A stretch of 58,069 bases of DNA, the filler included, from Sphacelaria rigidula (Eukaryota), in NCBI GenBank assembly GCA_964200075.2. It is 6 parts of 6 records of this genome, joined end to end, with 100 filler letters (N's around TTAATTAATTAA, not from the genome) between each part and the next. Parts side by side here need not be neighbours in the genome. Positions count along the whole stretch, not along the records: positions 9,697 to 19,291 come from CAXNAA020008130.1; positions 19,392 to 28,986 come from CAXNAA020008131.1; 4 more parts are not named here. The stretch is one strand, 5' to 3'. The notes under the pieces were generated by a model, which saw only the letters and a program-made list of their open reading frames with translations, did no database searches and was not told the DNA's origin. The translations under genes were made by a program, and so were the position numbers. Of this stretch, positions 12,401 through 24,081 are shown one piece after another; the stretch's first letter is position 1; each line of letters opens with the position of its first letter.

Positions 12401-12452
12401 TTGATGAGGCTTTATGGACGAGAGGGGGCATGGGTCTCCACTGTTCAAAATA

Positions 12453-12600
12453 CCACAATATCGGGTGCACCTTACCCGACACGCCCTTGGAACACTGTAC
12501 CGTACAGAAGGTTCACACTTGACTCGTGCGACACAAGTCATGTGCGACGTTTCGAAATATCACAATATTGGGTATACCTCACCCGACACGCCCTTGGAAC
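12453..12600. repeat. ~40-bp direct repeat, two copies
   Basis: cacaatat(c/t)gggt..acccgacacgcccttggaac at ~12453 and ~12561. Confidence 0.7.
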
Positions 12601-12885
12601 GCTCTAATATTAATCTCAACATACGTATACATGTAGTACGTGGTATACCTTGGGTGTCTATCATGTGACGACGGATCATTTCGTGCGCGACAATCAATCA
12701 AATCAATCAATGCCCGTAAAAAAAAAAACACTCACTAGTCTAGCCCCACCCTACTGTCTTCCGCACTCTCCGAATGTGGTCATCAATCTACACACACACT
12801 TATATATATGTGTGTGTCCAGAAAACTGAACAAATCGTGTATATGTGCGTGCGTGTCTTCGTATTTTTTGTTATTCCCAAAAAAG

Positions 12886-13063
12886 GCTCGCGGGAAATTC
12901 AGCGAGAAGGAGGTAGCGTGCATTATGGAGAGGCGATTCCATGATGATGCTAAAAATGTCGCAGCCGTACGAGGGGCGCACCAGCAGGCCGACGGGGCAG
13001 AGAAGTTCATGGTAGTACCTGCCGACTGCGAGTTTCCTGGAGCAATTTGGTGGACGCGGAGAG
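12886..13063 (+). CDS. EME1: Putative EME1/MMS4-like crossover junction endonuclease subunit, exon
   Basis: ARGKFSEKEVACIME..VPADCEFPGAIWWTRR resembles recalled EME1 segments (EKGK..KSIVAEID; PCSVTWRRR); aag acceptor, GT donor, phase 0/1. Confidence 0.6.
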
Positions 13064-13094
13064 GTTCGTGCGTGCGTGTGTGTGTGCAACCGTT

Positions 13095-13258
13095 TGCTTG
13101 TTTGTTTGTTTTTTCGTTCGTTTGCTTGCTTGCTTAGTTGGTTGGTTGGTTGGTTGGTTGGTTGTTGTTCTTGTTCTTGCTCTTGCTCTTGCTCTTGTTG
13201 TTGTTGTTGTTGCTGCTGCTGCTGTGCTGCTGCTGCTGTGCTGTTGCTGCTGTGCTGT
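13095..13258. repeat. Compound microsatellite (GTTT/GTTG/GCTCTT/GTT/GCT)
   Basis: Seen directly. Confidence 0.9.
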
Positions 13259-13745
13259 TTCTTGCATTAGCCATTTTCCAGAATTGTAGCCCCCGAGGTC
13301 ATGAAACTGTGGCACAACAAGATATAACACGGTGAAAATATTAGTAATGGTAATGATATATACCCACGAACACGACAACACGGCGCCCCAAAGGGCGGGA
13401 TTTGTACAAACACGTCAGTGAAAGAAATGAAAGGGACAAAAATATACGCCCGGCATCTGTCGGGGTCTGTGTGTGGCGCCTGTGTCTGTCCGTGCGATCA
13501 GACTATCACGCGGCGTGTTACTACTGTACGTCAAATCTGATAGTTGATGTGTGTATGTTTTGATGTTGGTGTATGGTTGCCGTACGTCACTGTCTCTCTC
13601 TCTCTCTTGTAGTACTAGTATTCGAACGCTGGAGTTTTATTGTAGACGCGCTGGTGTATTGTACGTGTACGTGCGTGTTTGTGCATGCATACGTATTCAG
13701 TTTTGATGTTCTGCTGTACCGTAAGCTATTTCATCAGTCATGCCG

Positions 13746-13997
13746 CGGTAGCCCCCCCCCCCAAAAAAAAAAAAAGAGAGGCCCAAAACTGACACAAAAA
13801 TGGTTATTATACAGCGCATGATGGCTGGTTCCAGACTGCAAAAAGCGCCTCATGTGAGCGACATTGACAAAAATGTTCCCAAGCGTGGGGGCTACCAGCT
13901 GCTCGGTGTGCTCGGCTTCTGCCACTTTGATTCACATATAGATTTTGCTGTCTTGAACCAGCCACTTTTTTTTTGCGCGCAGGGGGGGGTGTTATCG
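13746..13997. mobile_element. MITE with CGATAGC-Cn termini (diverged copy)
   Basis: Inverted homolog of 25487-25716; C-run and G-run termini. Confidence 0.6.
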
Positions 13998-15069
13998 CAG
14001 GATCACTCTCATGTTCCACGTTTAGTTGTGTTCGGCATTTATGTAGTCATTACTATTTTTTCGGGGGGGGGGGGCAGGGAGGGGAATAGGTTGTCACCAA
14101 CTATGGTTGCTTTTCGATGAGGTGCGCGCCGGTGCAGGAGGTGTGTTGATGAATTTCGGTACAGTAAATTTCTGTTTCATGCCCTGAGGACAGGTTGTTT
14201 GTTTGTTGATATCTTGTACAAATAACCGTCTCTATGCTGTAGTAGTCGATTGCGTTTGTTTGTCGAGAGTTGACGCGGCGCGGGAGAACTGACGACCCAA
14301 TCCGCAAAACCAAAATCCCATACGTGTACCGGGGGGAGAGATGGGTTAATCTCTTGAGACAGATCACGTACTCAGTCGTCCCGAGGAAGGAAACGGGACT
14401 CAAAGTGTGGCAAAAACGAGAAAAAAAAAGAAAAGAAAAATGCTCCTGTCCCGTGTGTAGAGGTGTATGCATGCTTGTTGATTGATGTGCGTCCACGGCC
14501 CGAAATAGCGCCCGTCGTTTACCCCATTTTCTTCTCTCTTGTTTTTTGATGAATGAATACCTGGGGTATTATGAAAGGTACACATTTTTTTTGTTTTTCG
14601 GTTGTTCTTGTTCTTCCCGAAAAAAAATGTGAGAGCAGATCTCTTCACCAGGTCAGGCAATAGATCAATGTTAAGACTGACTACCGTACAGATTTCACGA
14701 AATTCTAGCGTCGGACTTTTTTTCCCAGCAACTTGTTGTCGTGAGAAGTCGAGATACAATTCTTCATTTTTGGGGAGCGGGAAAAATGTATTCGGATTTT
14801 TCTTTTCTTTTTTTCGAAGTTTTTCTGGACTTTGACCGTTCGTCCAAGAAAATGCAAGTTTGGCTAGAAGAACAACTGCGGCCACCGGAAAACTCAAAGT
14901 GTATCCTGGACCCGTCTCAGTGAGTATAGCAAAGGCATTCTAATGTGTCAACATCAGTCTAGCCCTATTTTAGGACATAAAACGAAGCAGAAGGACCAAC
15001 TAGAAAGGCCGTTTTACAACGTTTTATTTTTGTTCACCATTAAAAGCAGCCTGAGAAAGGCGTTTTTCC

Positions 15070-15370
15070 GGGGGAGAAGGAGGGGAAGGGGGGGTACCCA
15101 TGATCTTGCATGCCGTAGCCAAATGACGATCGACGTCGCATCCCTACAAAGCCGGGACGGAGCACGCCCGGTTTTCGCCGGACCAGGCGTTTTCGGGCGG
15201 CGGGGGGGGGGCTACTCATTTGTTGCTTGCCTTAGTCGTTTGACCATTGATCACGCATCCCTTTCGAGACGGAGCACCGCTCACTTGTTGCATGCCTTAG
15301 TCAGATGACCGTTGACCTCGCAGCCCTACAAAGCCGGGACGGAGCACGCCGGGTTTTCGCCGGACCAGGC
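15070..15370 (-). mobile_element. Head-to-tail chain of three short LINE 3'-end copies
   Basis: Each unit matches the LINE 3' terminus at 264-336 or its variant; G-rich runs (C-tails) at 15070-15094 and 15195-15211. Confidence 0.72.
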
Positions 15371-15715
15371 TCGCAATCAATCGCCTAGCGCGAAGCGCCG
15401 TGATATGTTTGACGAGTTGCATGAAGGGTGAACTGCATCCCGCTAAGACTGTTCGGCCCGAATCGTACTGATCATCTTGCATGTGGATGTCAAATTGTTC
15501 GCCCCGAACCGCACTGATGATCTTGCATATGGATGACAACCTCCAGTGAGTTCCCCCATTTTCTCTTTTTTGGGGAGGGGTGGAAGGTAGGGGAGGCGTT
15601 TTTGTTTGAGCCGTGCGGAGGCAGAGTATTTGTGTGTGTTTTGTGTGTCAATATGTTGGTGTACCGCACCACGGTACGATAAGATGCGCTCCGTCTCCCT
15701 ACGCGCGTTGTGCAG

Positions 15716-15896
15716 ATCACCTCGACGGCGGAGCGGCCATCTGCGGCGAAGGCGTGGAGACGTTGGATTTCTTGGCGGTGGTGGTGCCCAGTGATGTGTT
15801 ATTTCCGATGCTGGGTCAGTCCGGAGCGAATCGGGGAGGCGGCGGGGATGACGTTGATGGTTTCCCGGCGCTGGACCGCTACGTCGATCGTCTACG
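15716..15896 (+). CDS. EME1: Putative EME1-like exon
   Basis: Joins the previous exon in phase (G|AT=D): DHLDGGAAICGEGVETLDFLAVVVPSDVLFPML..FPALDRYVDRLR resembles EME1 PTVLVLLRAEAFVSMI..LQGFV; tgcag acceptor, GTGGGT donor. Confidence 0.58.
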
Positions 15897-16338
15897 GTGG
15901 GTGTTTCTACTTTTTCCACGTTGTCTTTGTCGTTGTCGTTATCGTCGTTGTTGTCGTTAGTCGGGTGGTGGTGGAGGTGGTGGAGGTGGTAGTACCGGTC
16001 CCCGGGCACACGCCCCCCGTTTATTCTCGGCGTGGCTCTGCGGTATGTAGACTTGTCTGATATCAGAATAAGGTCACAGTGCTGCTCGATAGGCTTCCTC
16101 CCTGTCGAGGGCTCCAGAGACTTCAGGACTCAAGCAGTTACACAAACATCTGTCTTCGTCAAAACCTTGATTGTCGCACTTTAACTGACCCCCTAGGGGT
16201 CCAGCCGTGGTCTCCTTGCAAATACAAAATGTTACGCATTCAATAGTCATCGTCCAACCTATGGTCTCAAGATCCAACCTGATATCCACATGCTACTGTA
16301 CTCCTCCTCATCCTTAGAGGTGCTGCTGTACTTTCTCT

Positions 16339-16463
16339 ACAGGTAGGAGTGCACATTTTTTTGTGAGGCTCTGCACTATGGGAGCCTCTCGATGACAAAC
16401 GTCTGAGCCTTACTGTGCAGCCTCAGAAAAAAGTTTTGAACTAAAAAAAGTCCACCCCTACCG
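16339..16463. mobile_element. Short MITE (GGTAGGGGTGCAC-type termini)
   Basis: ggtaggagtgcac ... gtccacccctacc; related sequences at ~26293 and ~56559-56640. Confidence 0.55.
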
Positions 16464-16971
16464 AGAGTACCCAAAATAAATCCGAGACCCTATGCCCCTT
16501 TTTGGAATCCTGGAGTTTTGGGGGGGGGGTTGGGAGGGGATTACTATATCCTATACATGAAAAAATGATGAAGAATTAATATATATATAAATGAAGAATG
16601 AAAATTCATGTTGATGAAGGTTTCATCCTCCGCATACCTTCGGAGCCAAGGTCACGTTATATTTATGAGTTTCCGCAATGCATTGCACATCAACTTCCAC
16701 GGTGAGAACAAGACTAGACGAATACCGCAATGCTCTGCAATGCTTGCTCAATCAAGCTAAATGCACCTGTCTACACTGCCAATCTGCGTCCAATGTGCGT
16801 CGCATCTTGTGGTGGTAGATAGGGCCAACAATTATGGGCGTTACCTCACAAATCGCCCCAAAATGTCTATTTATTGAGTGTTTCTTAATGTGAAAAATAA
16901 AATAAAAAAACTACGACCATCGGAGGGGAGGGGGGTACATATTGTAGGGTCTCGGATTTTTTGGGGCACTC
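16464..16971. mobile_element. MITE
   Basis: Imperfect TIR gagtacccaaaataaatccgagacccta / tagggtctcggattttttggggcactc. Confidence 0.65.
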
Positions 16972-17282
16972 CCGCCCCTACCACACGTAGAATCACTCTT
17001 CGATTAAACGTTCACGTCACATCTCTCCCTTTTTTTTCTGTGTGGTTTTGTTTTGTTTCGTCTCGTCTCGTCTCGTCTCGTCTCTCTTTTGTTTTCGTTG
17101 AGAGGTACTCTCCCGGTGTTCTTCCTGTTTCTCCTTCTTTCTTCTTCATCTTCTCCCTTCCTGGAGCCTTGTTGAGCGACCCAATCCGTCGTGTATGTCG
17201 TGGGTACGTTACAATACGTCTATGGTGTGACCGCACCTGGATCCACAGAGAACCAGGCAATGTGCAATGTTTGATAAATAAA

Positions 17283-17422
17283 CACACCCAAGACGATGTA
17301 CTACTTTGTCAAAAAGTGTTCTGCGTACAGTATCGACTATTGCTTCTATTGCAATATACAGTAGATTCCACACTGTACGCAGTACATTTTTTGAGAATTT
17401 TATTGTCATCATCCAGGGTGTG
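17283..17422. mobile_element. Palindromic CACACCCTGGA-family MITE
   Basis: Homologous to 23341-23499. Confidence 0.65.
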
Positions 17423-18145
17423 AAAATAAAAATAAATAGATACATCGGTCAACTTCACCATCGTCAGGTGTCCAGAAATCGAATATTGCTCCCTCTGGAT
17501 ACACCATGTTGTAGGTTGTATGTACGTAAAAGTCTTCGTTCGAGATTACCCCTTTTCGACAGTTTTCGTATCCTCTGTTCTGTGTGCTCGTGTGTTGAGA
17601 CACCATTTCTGCACAAGTTCACGGCGCACTACACTCCCGTTTCGAGCGCAACAAGCAGAGCATCCCCCTTCCCCTCCTCTCTCCTTCATTTTTCGGAGGA
17701 TATTTGATCTGTAAGCTATGTAGAAATGGAGGACTTTGTTGCGTCTCTGAACATGTTGCATCGTGAATTTCACGCAAGCCTGGTTCATGATCTGTTTTCT
17801 AGTCACTCGTCTGTGCGCTCTTGTGTTGACTCTTGGTCTGCGAATCTCGTCTCGGAACAATTTCGCCGGCTAACATTCTAGGGTTTCCAGCGGGTGGAGA
17901 GGATAGTTTTCGAGGGGGGAGGGGGAGGGGGGGTCTTTCCCAGATAAACCGAGAAGCTTACGAAGTCAACCATGTATAGTATACGAGCTGGGCCAGCTTG
18001 AAAGCGGCCAAACGTTGTCCACACTACAGCTTTCCCAGTTTCCCGAGTGACCCCGACGTTAGGATATTACTGTAAAGTGCAGACCAACCTGGTAACACAT
18101 GGCACCGCCGCTGAATAAAGAAAAGAAGGAAAAAAATGTACTGCA

Positions 18146-18405
18146 GAGTGATGCTACGGTAGGGGTGCACAAATATTTTCTGACGTTAGAATTGTTAGGA
18201 GCCCTTGATCTTATGCAGCACACCACTCATGAACATATGTAAAAGTGCGCCAGGATTGCTATTCCGATGTGCTAAGATTGTTCCGAATGAATTTGCAAAC
18301 GGGGATGCCCTGGCCCATATTCTTGTGCATCTAGAATCGTTAGGAGCCCCTGAACTAGACAATATTATTTCGCGAAAAAAGTGCACCCCTACCGTAGCAT
18401 TGCTC
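18146..18405. mobile_element. MITE
   Basis: TIR gagtgatgctacggtaggggtgcac / gtgcacccctaccgtagcattgctc; inverted partial copy at 48304-48375. Confidence 0.8.
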
Positions 18406-19291
18406 GTGCATAAGATATGACCTTGACGGACGAAAAAAAAGAGAATCTGTCAGGATTCGAACTCATGACCTCCATAATTGAAGTCTCTCATCTCTTGAAT
18501 TATACGGGTGCAGCAGTGTCACGCAAAACGTTGCACGCACGGCCCAATTCAATGACTCTTGAGCTGAAATTTCAGGAAGACCTTCTGCACCCGAGGGAAT
18601 GATACATCGCGAGAGCAGCTGCCGATTCTCGTTTTTTTCCCTGGACTTATGACATTATCTTGTTTTGCTGAAATTTCAAATCCCCATAACTTCCTTTTTT
18701 ATTTATTTCTTCGCTGCTCTCGTCATATTCTGCATGTCAATCATGATAAGCTGCTGTCAAAACTTCAGCGTCCAACTCCTGATTTTACGCTGTGCGTCGC
18801 CTGAGCGAGAAAACTACCCTCTGTTGGCTGGCCCAACTCGTACGTGAATGGTAGTTTCTGAAAGAATAATCTGAGGCGGTAACGAAAGCCGAGGGGAGGA
18901 GGCTGAACATTTTGGTTGTGCTGATTGGTCAATTTGTAGAGTTGGGGACTGGACCAGTATCTACTGACAGTATTCCTGTACTGGCAGTTTTCCTCTACTG
19001 CGTCAGAGGCTTCCAGTACAGCCAGTACATACCCGTCTTACGTATGTCCTGCATTATGCCTCCTAAATCACATGGAAACCCACCGAAACTGCGCCGCATG
19101 ATCGGCAGGAGAGGAGAGAGGTTGAGAACAGGGCACACACACACACTAGAGGGAGACCACAAAATCGAGGGACTAAGATGTCACTAGCAGCAGCAGCCCG
19201 CCCGCTTCAGACCCGAGCCCGGGGCCTCAGATCCCTGAACCCGCCGCGGCCTCCAGCGAATCACGATTGTGGAAGTTTTTCTCTGGGTATA

Positions 19292-19391
19292 NNNNNNNNN
19301 NNNNNNNNNNNNNNNNNNNNNNNNNNNNNNNNNNNTTAATTAATTAANNNNNNNNNNNNNNNNNNNNNNNNNNNNNNNNNNNNNNNNNNNN
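19292..19391. other. Artificial contig linker
   Basis: Identical 100-bp structure. Confidence 0.97.
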
Positions 19392-19849
19392 TATAATCGT
19401 CTAATCAAGGGGAAGGTGCCCATATCCTCAAAAGTTTGGGCCCATATTTTCCCGTTGATTAAACCCCATGTCTAGTAATTCCTATACCTAAGGGAGATAA
19501 CGCCAGTACTGTAATATCTATGAAACTCCCGATCGATGCATTTAGCGGATGGCGACGAACTTTGGTGTGGAGAACCACAAAAGAGTGCCGAATAAAAAAA
19601 TATGTGGGCCTTCAATTTTTCTTGTTTTTTCATAGAGGGTAGGGCGTTCTCGTGAAGAAATGGTCTTTACCATACTAGAACGCCCTAAACCAGTGAAACA
19701 AATTGAAAAAAATCAACCTGATCCGCTTTTTTTTGTTAATTATGCCTTAGAGAGCGCCCACACAAAATTTCAATACACGAAAACCAAACGAGGGCCGGTG
19801 GGTGGCCTGCGAAATACTGTTCCGAATTTCTACCGATCCGGTTTTTGAT

Positions 19850-20124
19850 AGGCCCATGCTCTTTTATATGTTGAGAGTTGGACCCTGAAAATTGGTATGG
19901 ACAATATATAGGGCATGGAAAAAAAATTACCTCGGTACCAAAAGTTTTTTTTTCTATTTTTTCATGAGTTAAGGGCAATAATCAGTTTTCAGGTATCAGT
20001 AAAATGCCTTCAACTCATGAACAAAAAAAAAACTTTCGGTACCGAGGTAATTTTTTTTCATGCCCTATGCATTGTCCACACCAAATTTCAGTCTAACTCT
20101 AAATGTATAAAAGAGCATGGGCCT
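19850..20124. mobile_element. Foldback element (~125-bp inverted arms)
   Basis: aggcccatgctctttta..ttacctcggtacc..catgagtt mirrored by aactcatg..ggtaccgaggtaa..taaaagagcatgggcct. Confidence 0.8.
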
Positions 20125-20168
20125 GCAAACTTCAAATCCGCCTCTAGGCTGGCCCAGCTCGTACGATA

Positions 20169-20736
20169 CCAGGGTATTTCGATATTTCAATACCTACCGT
20201 ACCCGCCTAATCCGGTATTTTGAAATGTCATACCCACGATACCTACGCATACCACGGTATGGGATACCCCGGTAAGTACCGGGGGTACGCTCGGTATGGT
20301 ACCTTACCTACGGTGCCTGTAAAAACATCGACTGCCCAACTTGCACCCAGATCTGACACGCTTCGCACTGCCAGATAACAGTTTTGAAGTCGGTATAGAG
20401 GGTAAGGTAGGTACCCGGTACCGGAATTTGCGACATCTCATACCCTACCGGTACCGGTCCAATCCGGTATTTTCGAAACTCATACCTACGATACCTACGA
20501 TACGACGGTATTTCGAGATTTCAGTACCGAGCGTACCCGCCAAATCCGGTATTTTCAAATGTCATACCTACGATACCTACGAAACCAGGGTATTTCGATA
20601 TTTCAATACCTACCGTACCCGCCCAATCCGGTATTTTGGAATGTCATACCCACGATACCTACGCATACCCCGGTATGGGATACCCCGGTAAGTACCGGGG
20701 GTACGCTCGGTACGGTACCTTACCTACGGTGCCTGT
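20169..20736. repeat. Duplicated ~150-bp GGTACC/ATACC-rich transposon end
   Basis: 20169-20320 is near-identical to 20586-20736; both end in ggtaccttacctacggtgcctg. Confidence 0.75.
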
Positions 20737-21182
20737 GTTACTTTGTAATCATATTATGGATAAAGTCAACCCAAACCTATGAATTCAAAATTTGATGTTG
20801 GAAGAAAATAACATAGGAATTTGTGCTGTTGTTTTTGAAGTCTTGTATATCAAAGTATACGAGTTTATTAATCAAACACTAAAAGAAATAGAGGACATCT
20901 TGATGAAGCTAAGAGAATGTATGCACCAGCAGGCACAGGCATATCAATTCTTCTCGTGAAGTATATACCGCCGTATAGTGGGACCCTGCCCTGAAAAACG
21001 GATCGTATTGACGTGGAGACACCACCACTGTACGAGAGCCGGAATAATAATTTCTACTAAAAGAAATGTCTTGAATTAATTAAAATAAGCTGCGTCAAAA
21101 GAGAAAGAAAAGAAAGAGAAAAATGAACACCCGCGCTCGCGTTCCATTCGTTTTTTTTATCGTCTTGTTGTTCTTTCCGTAG

Positions 21183-21377
21183 GATCTACATGTGCTCAGG
21201 AAATTGCTGGCAAAGCGCGAATCCGTGCTCACCCGGCTCGAGAGAGCGGAGCTGCGGCGGCGGCGACGGAAAGATGGTGAGGAGCCGAAGATGTGGACGG
21301 GCGGGTGTCTGTGCCTTGGCGAAAGGGTGAATGCTGTGCAACATCTGACGCAGGAGCTGAGCTATTACAATACAGAG
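21183..21377 (+). CDS. OSCA/CSC1 (TMEM63)-family mechanosensitive channel, cytosolic-domain exon
   Basis: DLHVLRKLLAKRESVLTRLERAE..PKMWTGGCLCLGERVNAVQHLTQELSYYNTE fits the family motif L.KLV..RE..L..LE....P....G..G.KVDAI.YY..EL..LN; polypyrimidine tag acceptor, GT donor, 195 nt. Confidence 0.72.
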
Positions 21378-21465
21378 GTGTGTCTTGGCGTTCTTCAGTT
21401 ATTAGGCGAATGAATTCGAAAACCACGCGCGTCCGTGCCACCATTGGCTTTTACTCTTGGTAATG

Positions 21466-21590
21466 TGGAGGGGGGGGGGCGTACTCATTTGTTGCTTGCC
21501 TCAGTCGTTTGACCATTGACCACGCATCCCTTTCGAGACGGAGGGGGGAGGGGGGGGCGTACTCATTTGTTGCTTGCCTTAGTCGTGTCA
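21466..21590 (-). mobile_element. Two tandem LINE 3'-end copies with C-tails
   Basis: G-run followed by cgtactcatttgttgcttgcct, twice. Confidence 0.72.
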
Positions 21591-23340
21591 AGGGGAGGGG
21601 GGAGGGCTAGGGTTCAAGTGCATGTATGTACGGGTACACGCGGTGGTTGGGTGGCGGTTGTGGCCCGGGAGCTGGTGAAATGCGTGGGGGGTACGCTAGA
21701 TGAACGAACGATGATCATGATATTCAGCGTGTTATTCTCATACGTTTTCGTTCGTTTCAATATTCATTTTCCATTTTATATACATATATATATACATGTT
21801 TTATTTTATTTTCTAACACTTTTATTTGAGTGCATCGGTAGTCGTCCGTCCGGTTGTCTTGAGTGCTTCTATTATAGCGTGTGCAGAAGGCATTTTTGTC
21901 GAAATTGGCGCCACAGGCGCCTAATAGAGTTTACTTCAGTTGGTCTCTCCAATTCCATCGTTCAAACATACTTGATTTATAGTGTGGACATTGGTCTTCG
22001 GATCTTCAGTGGGGCGGATAGTCCCGAGTGCTCCTAGAGTGTGCCGAAAGGTGGGTGAGAGGGGTGGGTAGGTTTGTGCCCTCCGACTTGAGCATACTAC
22101 TGTTGCACGGTTGGGTTGGCTCTTCTGTATTTGAATCAGGAATAGGACCCACGTAGTCTGACAAGCAAACCGCGGCAACACGAACGGCCAACCGCAATGT
22201 CATACTTTCCCCGTACTGTGTTTCTGCGATGTAGAATCGGACACCGACAAGTGTCCGTACCAACATAATCAAGCAGTGCATAGACAGAATTATATCTATA
22301 TCTATATCTATATCTCTATATGCAACTTTGGATGATGACCTTCATGAACATTACTCCCTAACCCATCGTGTGTACAGCAATCTGTAGTCCTTAATTGGCC
22401 GTTTCTCCTGATCGTGTCAGGGATGCAGCAAAAGCCTGAGCTTTGAGGTAGCGTCGACGGCTCCTGTTTCTTCATGTCATTATATATATATGCAAGCCGC
22501 ACAGGCCCCGGGGCTGCACCCCGGTCCCGTCCGTCCTTTCCGAGGGTCTCCGTATTCTTGCCTTGCCAAGCCCTCGTGAGAGTAGATCCTCTCTCGAGAT
22601 TTCTATGTCCGCCGGAAAGATTGCAGGACCACCGCGATCGTGCGTCCATTCGAACGTTCGCGAAGGCATGTGTACCCTCGCACAAAGTAAAGCATGAATC
22701 CGCTAACCGGACCCCTAGCATTGGCATTAGCCCGAACAGTCATCTCCCGGGGCGGGTGCGGAGGAACTTGCACACCAAAATCAGTATTAAATATCGTGGA
22801 CGCCTCGTTACAAAGTATGCTTCGCGCTCGTGACTTCGAAATATTCAATATGTATGCTATGTTTAATGTTGGATGATGACCTGTAGGTGAGCCGGGAGCA
22901 GGCGAAACGTGTACATCACCTGCGAAAGATCGATGAGCGCGCACTGCAGATGGCGTCTCAGGGCACCCTTCAACAGGCCATTCAAGCCATAATGGCGGTG
23001 AGTTGCGTGCTGTATGTGTGAATATGATACCACAATAGCCCCCTTTTTGTCTAGGGTACGCCGTAATCATCATTGTTCAAACTTGATTTTATCGGCAGCG
23101 ACGGGAGCTGGGCACAGGAGCTGGGCATGACGCGGATAGTTCATTGGTTGTACTATTATTTTTATTATCATTATTACATCCGCATCTTAGTCCGATCTCT
23201 CGAACCCGTTGTCACAGACGTAGGCTCGTCCTCAAATACCTATTGGGAGGACCTAATGTACGAAAATCAAGCGTGGGGATCACAGATGTCGGTTGCCGCC
23301 AGTTGGACCCATTGACAGACATTATATCCTCCAAACGCTT

Positions 23341-23499
23341 CACACCCTGGACGATAGATGCAATAGACCGAAACTGTACTGAGTTAAGTATAGGCCTATT
23401 GCAACTATTGTCAATCGATAATAGTTGCAATAGGCCTATCCTTAATCCGGTACATTTTTGGTCTAGTGAATCTATTGACCATATATCGTCCAGGGTGCG
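23341..23499. mobile_element. Palindromic MITE (CACACCCTGGA family), best copy
   Basis: Whole-element hairpin with core ataggcctattgcaactatt..aatagttgcaataggcctat; other copies at ~24894-25038, 28278-28397, 29363-29532, 55043-55275, 55285-55461, 55889-55968. Confidence 0.8.
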
Positions 23500-23993
23500 A
23501 AACCCTTTGATGGACGGTAAAAACCAGGAGAAGCACACGTAACCCCCGATTTGGGAAAATGCCTCACCACATCGTTCAAAAGTGCCGGTTTTTCTACATT
23601 TTTCATGTGTCTCTATGCGTGCTGGTCAGCGGTCAAGCGTATTTTCAAGAAAAAAAGTGGGGTTTCCGTGGAGGTTCAGGAAGCGTTTCCAAACGGGGGA
23701 TGGGGACATCCCGTCGTGACGATGCCAAATGCTCTGATGGACAAGCCTAACGCTTGACAGCCTTGTCACTAAGGGGACAACCGACATCTTTGATGGAGAG
23801 AGATCCACCTGTCATGCTCGTATTAACCTTCTGTCTGACAGTGCAGAAGAAGTACAGGCTAGTGTTTTCCCGTCTGATTCGTTCGTGCGTTTCGTTAATG
23901 GAACCGTCGCGCATTATTTACTTTTCACTTAATTCATGTAATCAATCTATGTATCAATTTTCATGATTTTGTTCTCCTGTACTCGCCTCCTTT

Positions 23994-24081
23994 CTCACTC
24001 ACTCACTCACTCACTCACTCACTCACTCACTCACTCACTCACTCACTCACTCACTCACTCACTCACTCACTCACTCACTCA
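23994..24081. repeat. (TCAC)n microsatellite
   Basis: Seen directly. Confidence 0.95.

Noticed and set aside
14270-14485. Candidate EME1 exon (TRRGRTDDPIRK..)
   Set aside because: It is homologous to the interspersed repeat at ~45655-45790, and the flanking exons already join in phase without it.
16074-16300. Possible Copia RNase H remnant (HVDIR)
   Set aside because: No downstream ADxxTK motif or LTR was seen; the evidence is too weak.
18446-18511. tRNA-like sequence on the minus strand (GAGTTCGAATCC); a similar one lies near 54775-54825
   Set aside because: The D-arm and acceptor stem do not pair convincingly; at most a decayed tRNA-derived SINE head.
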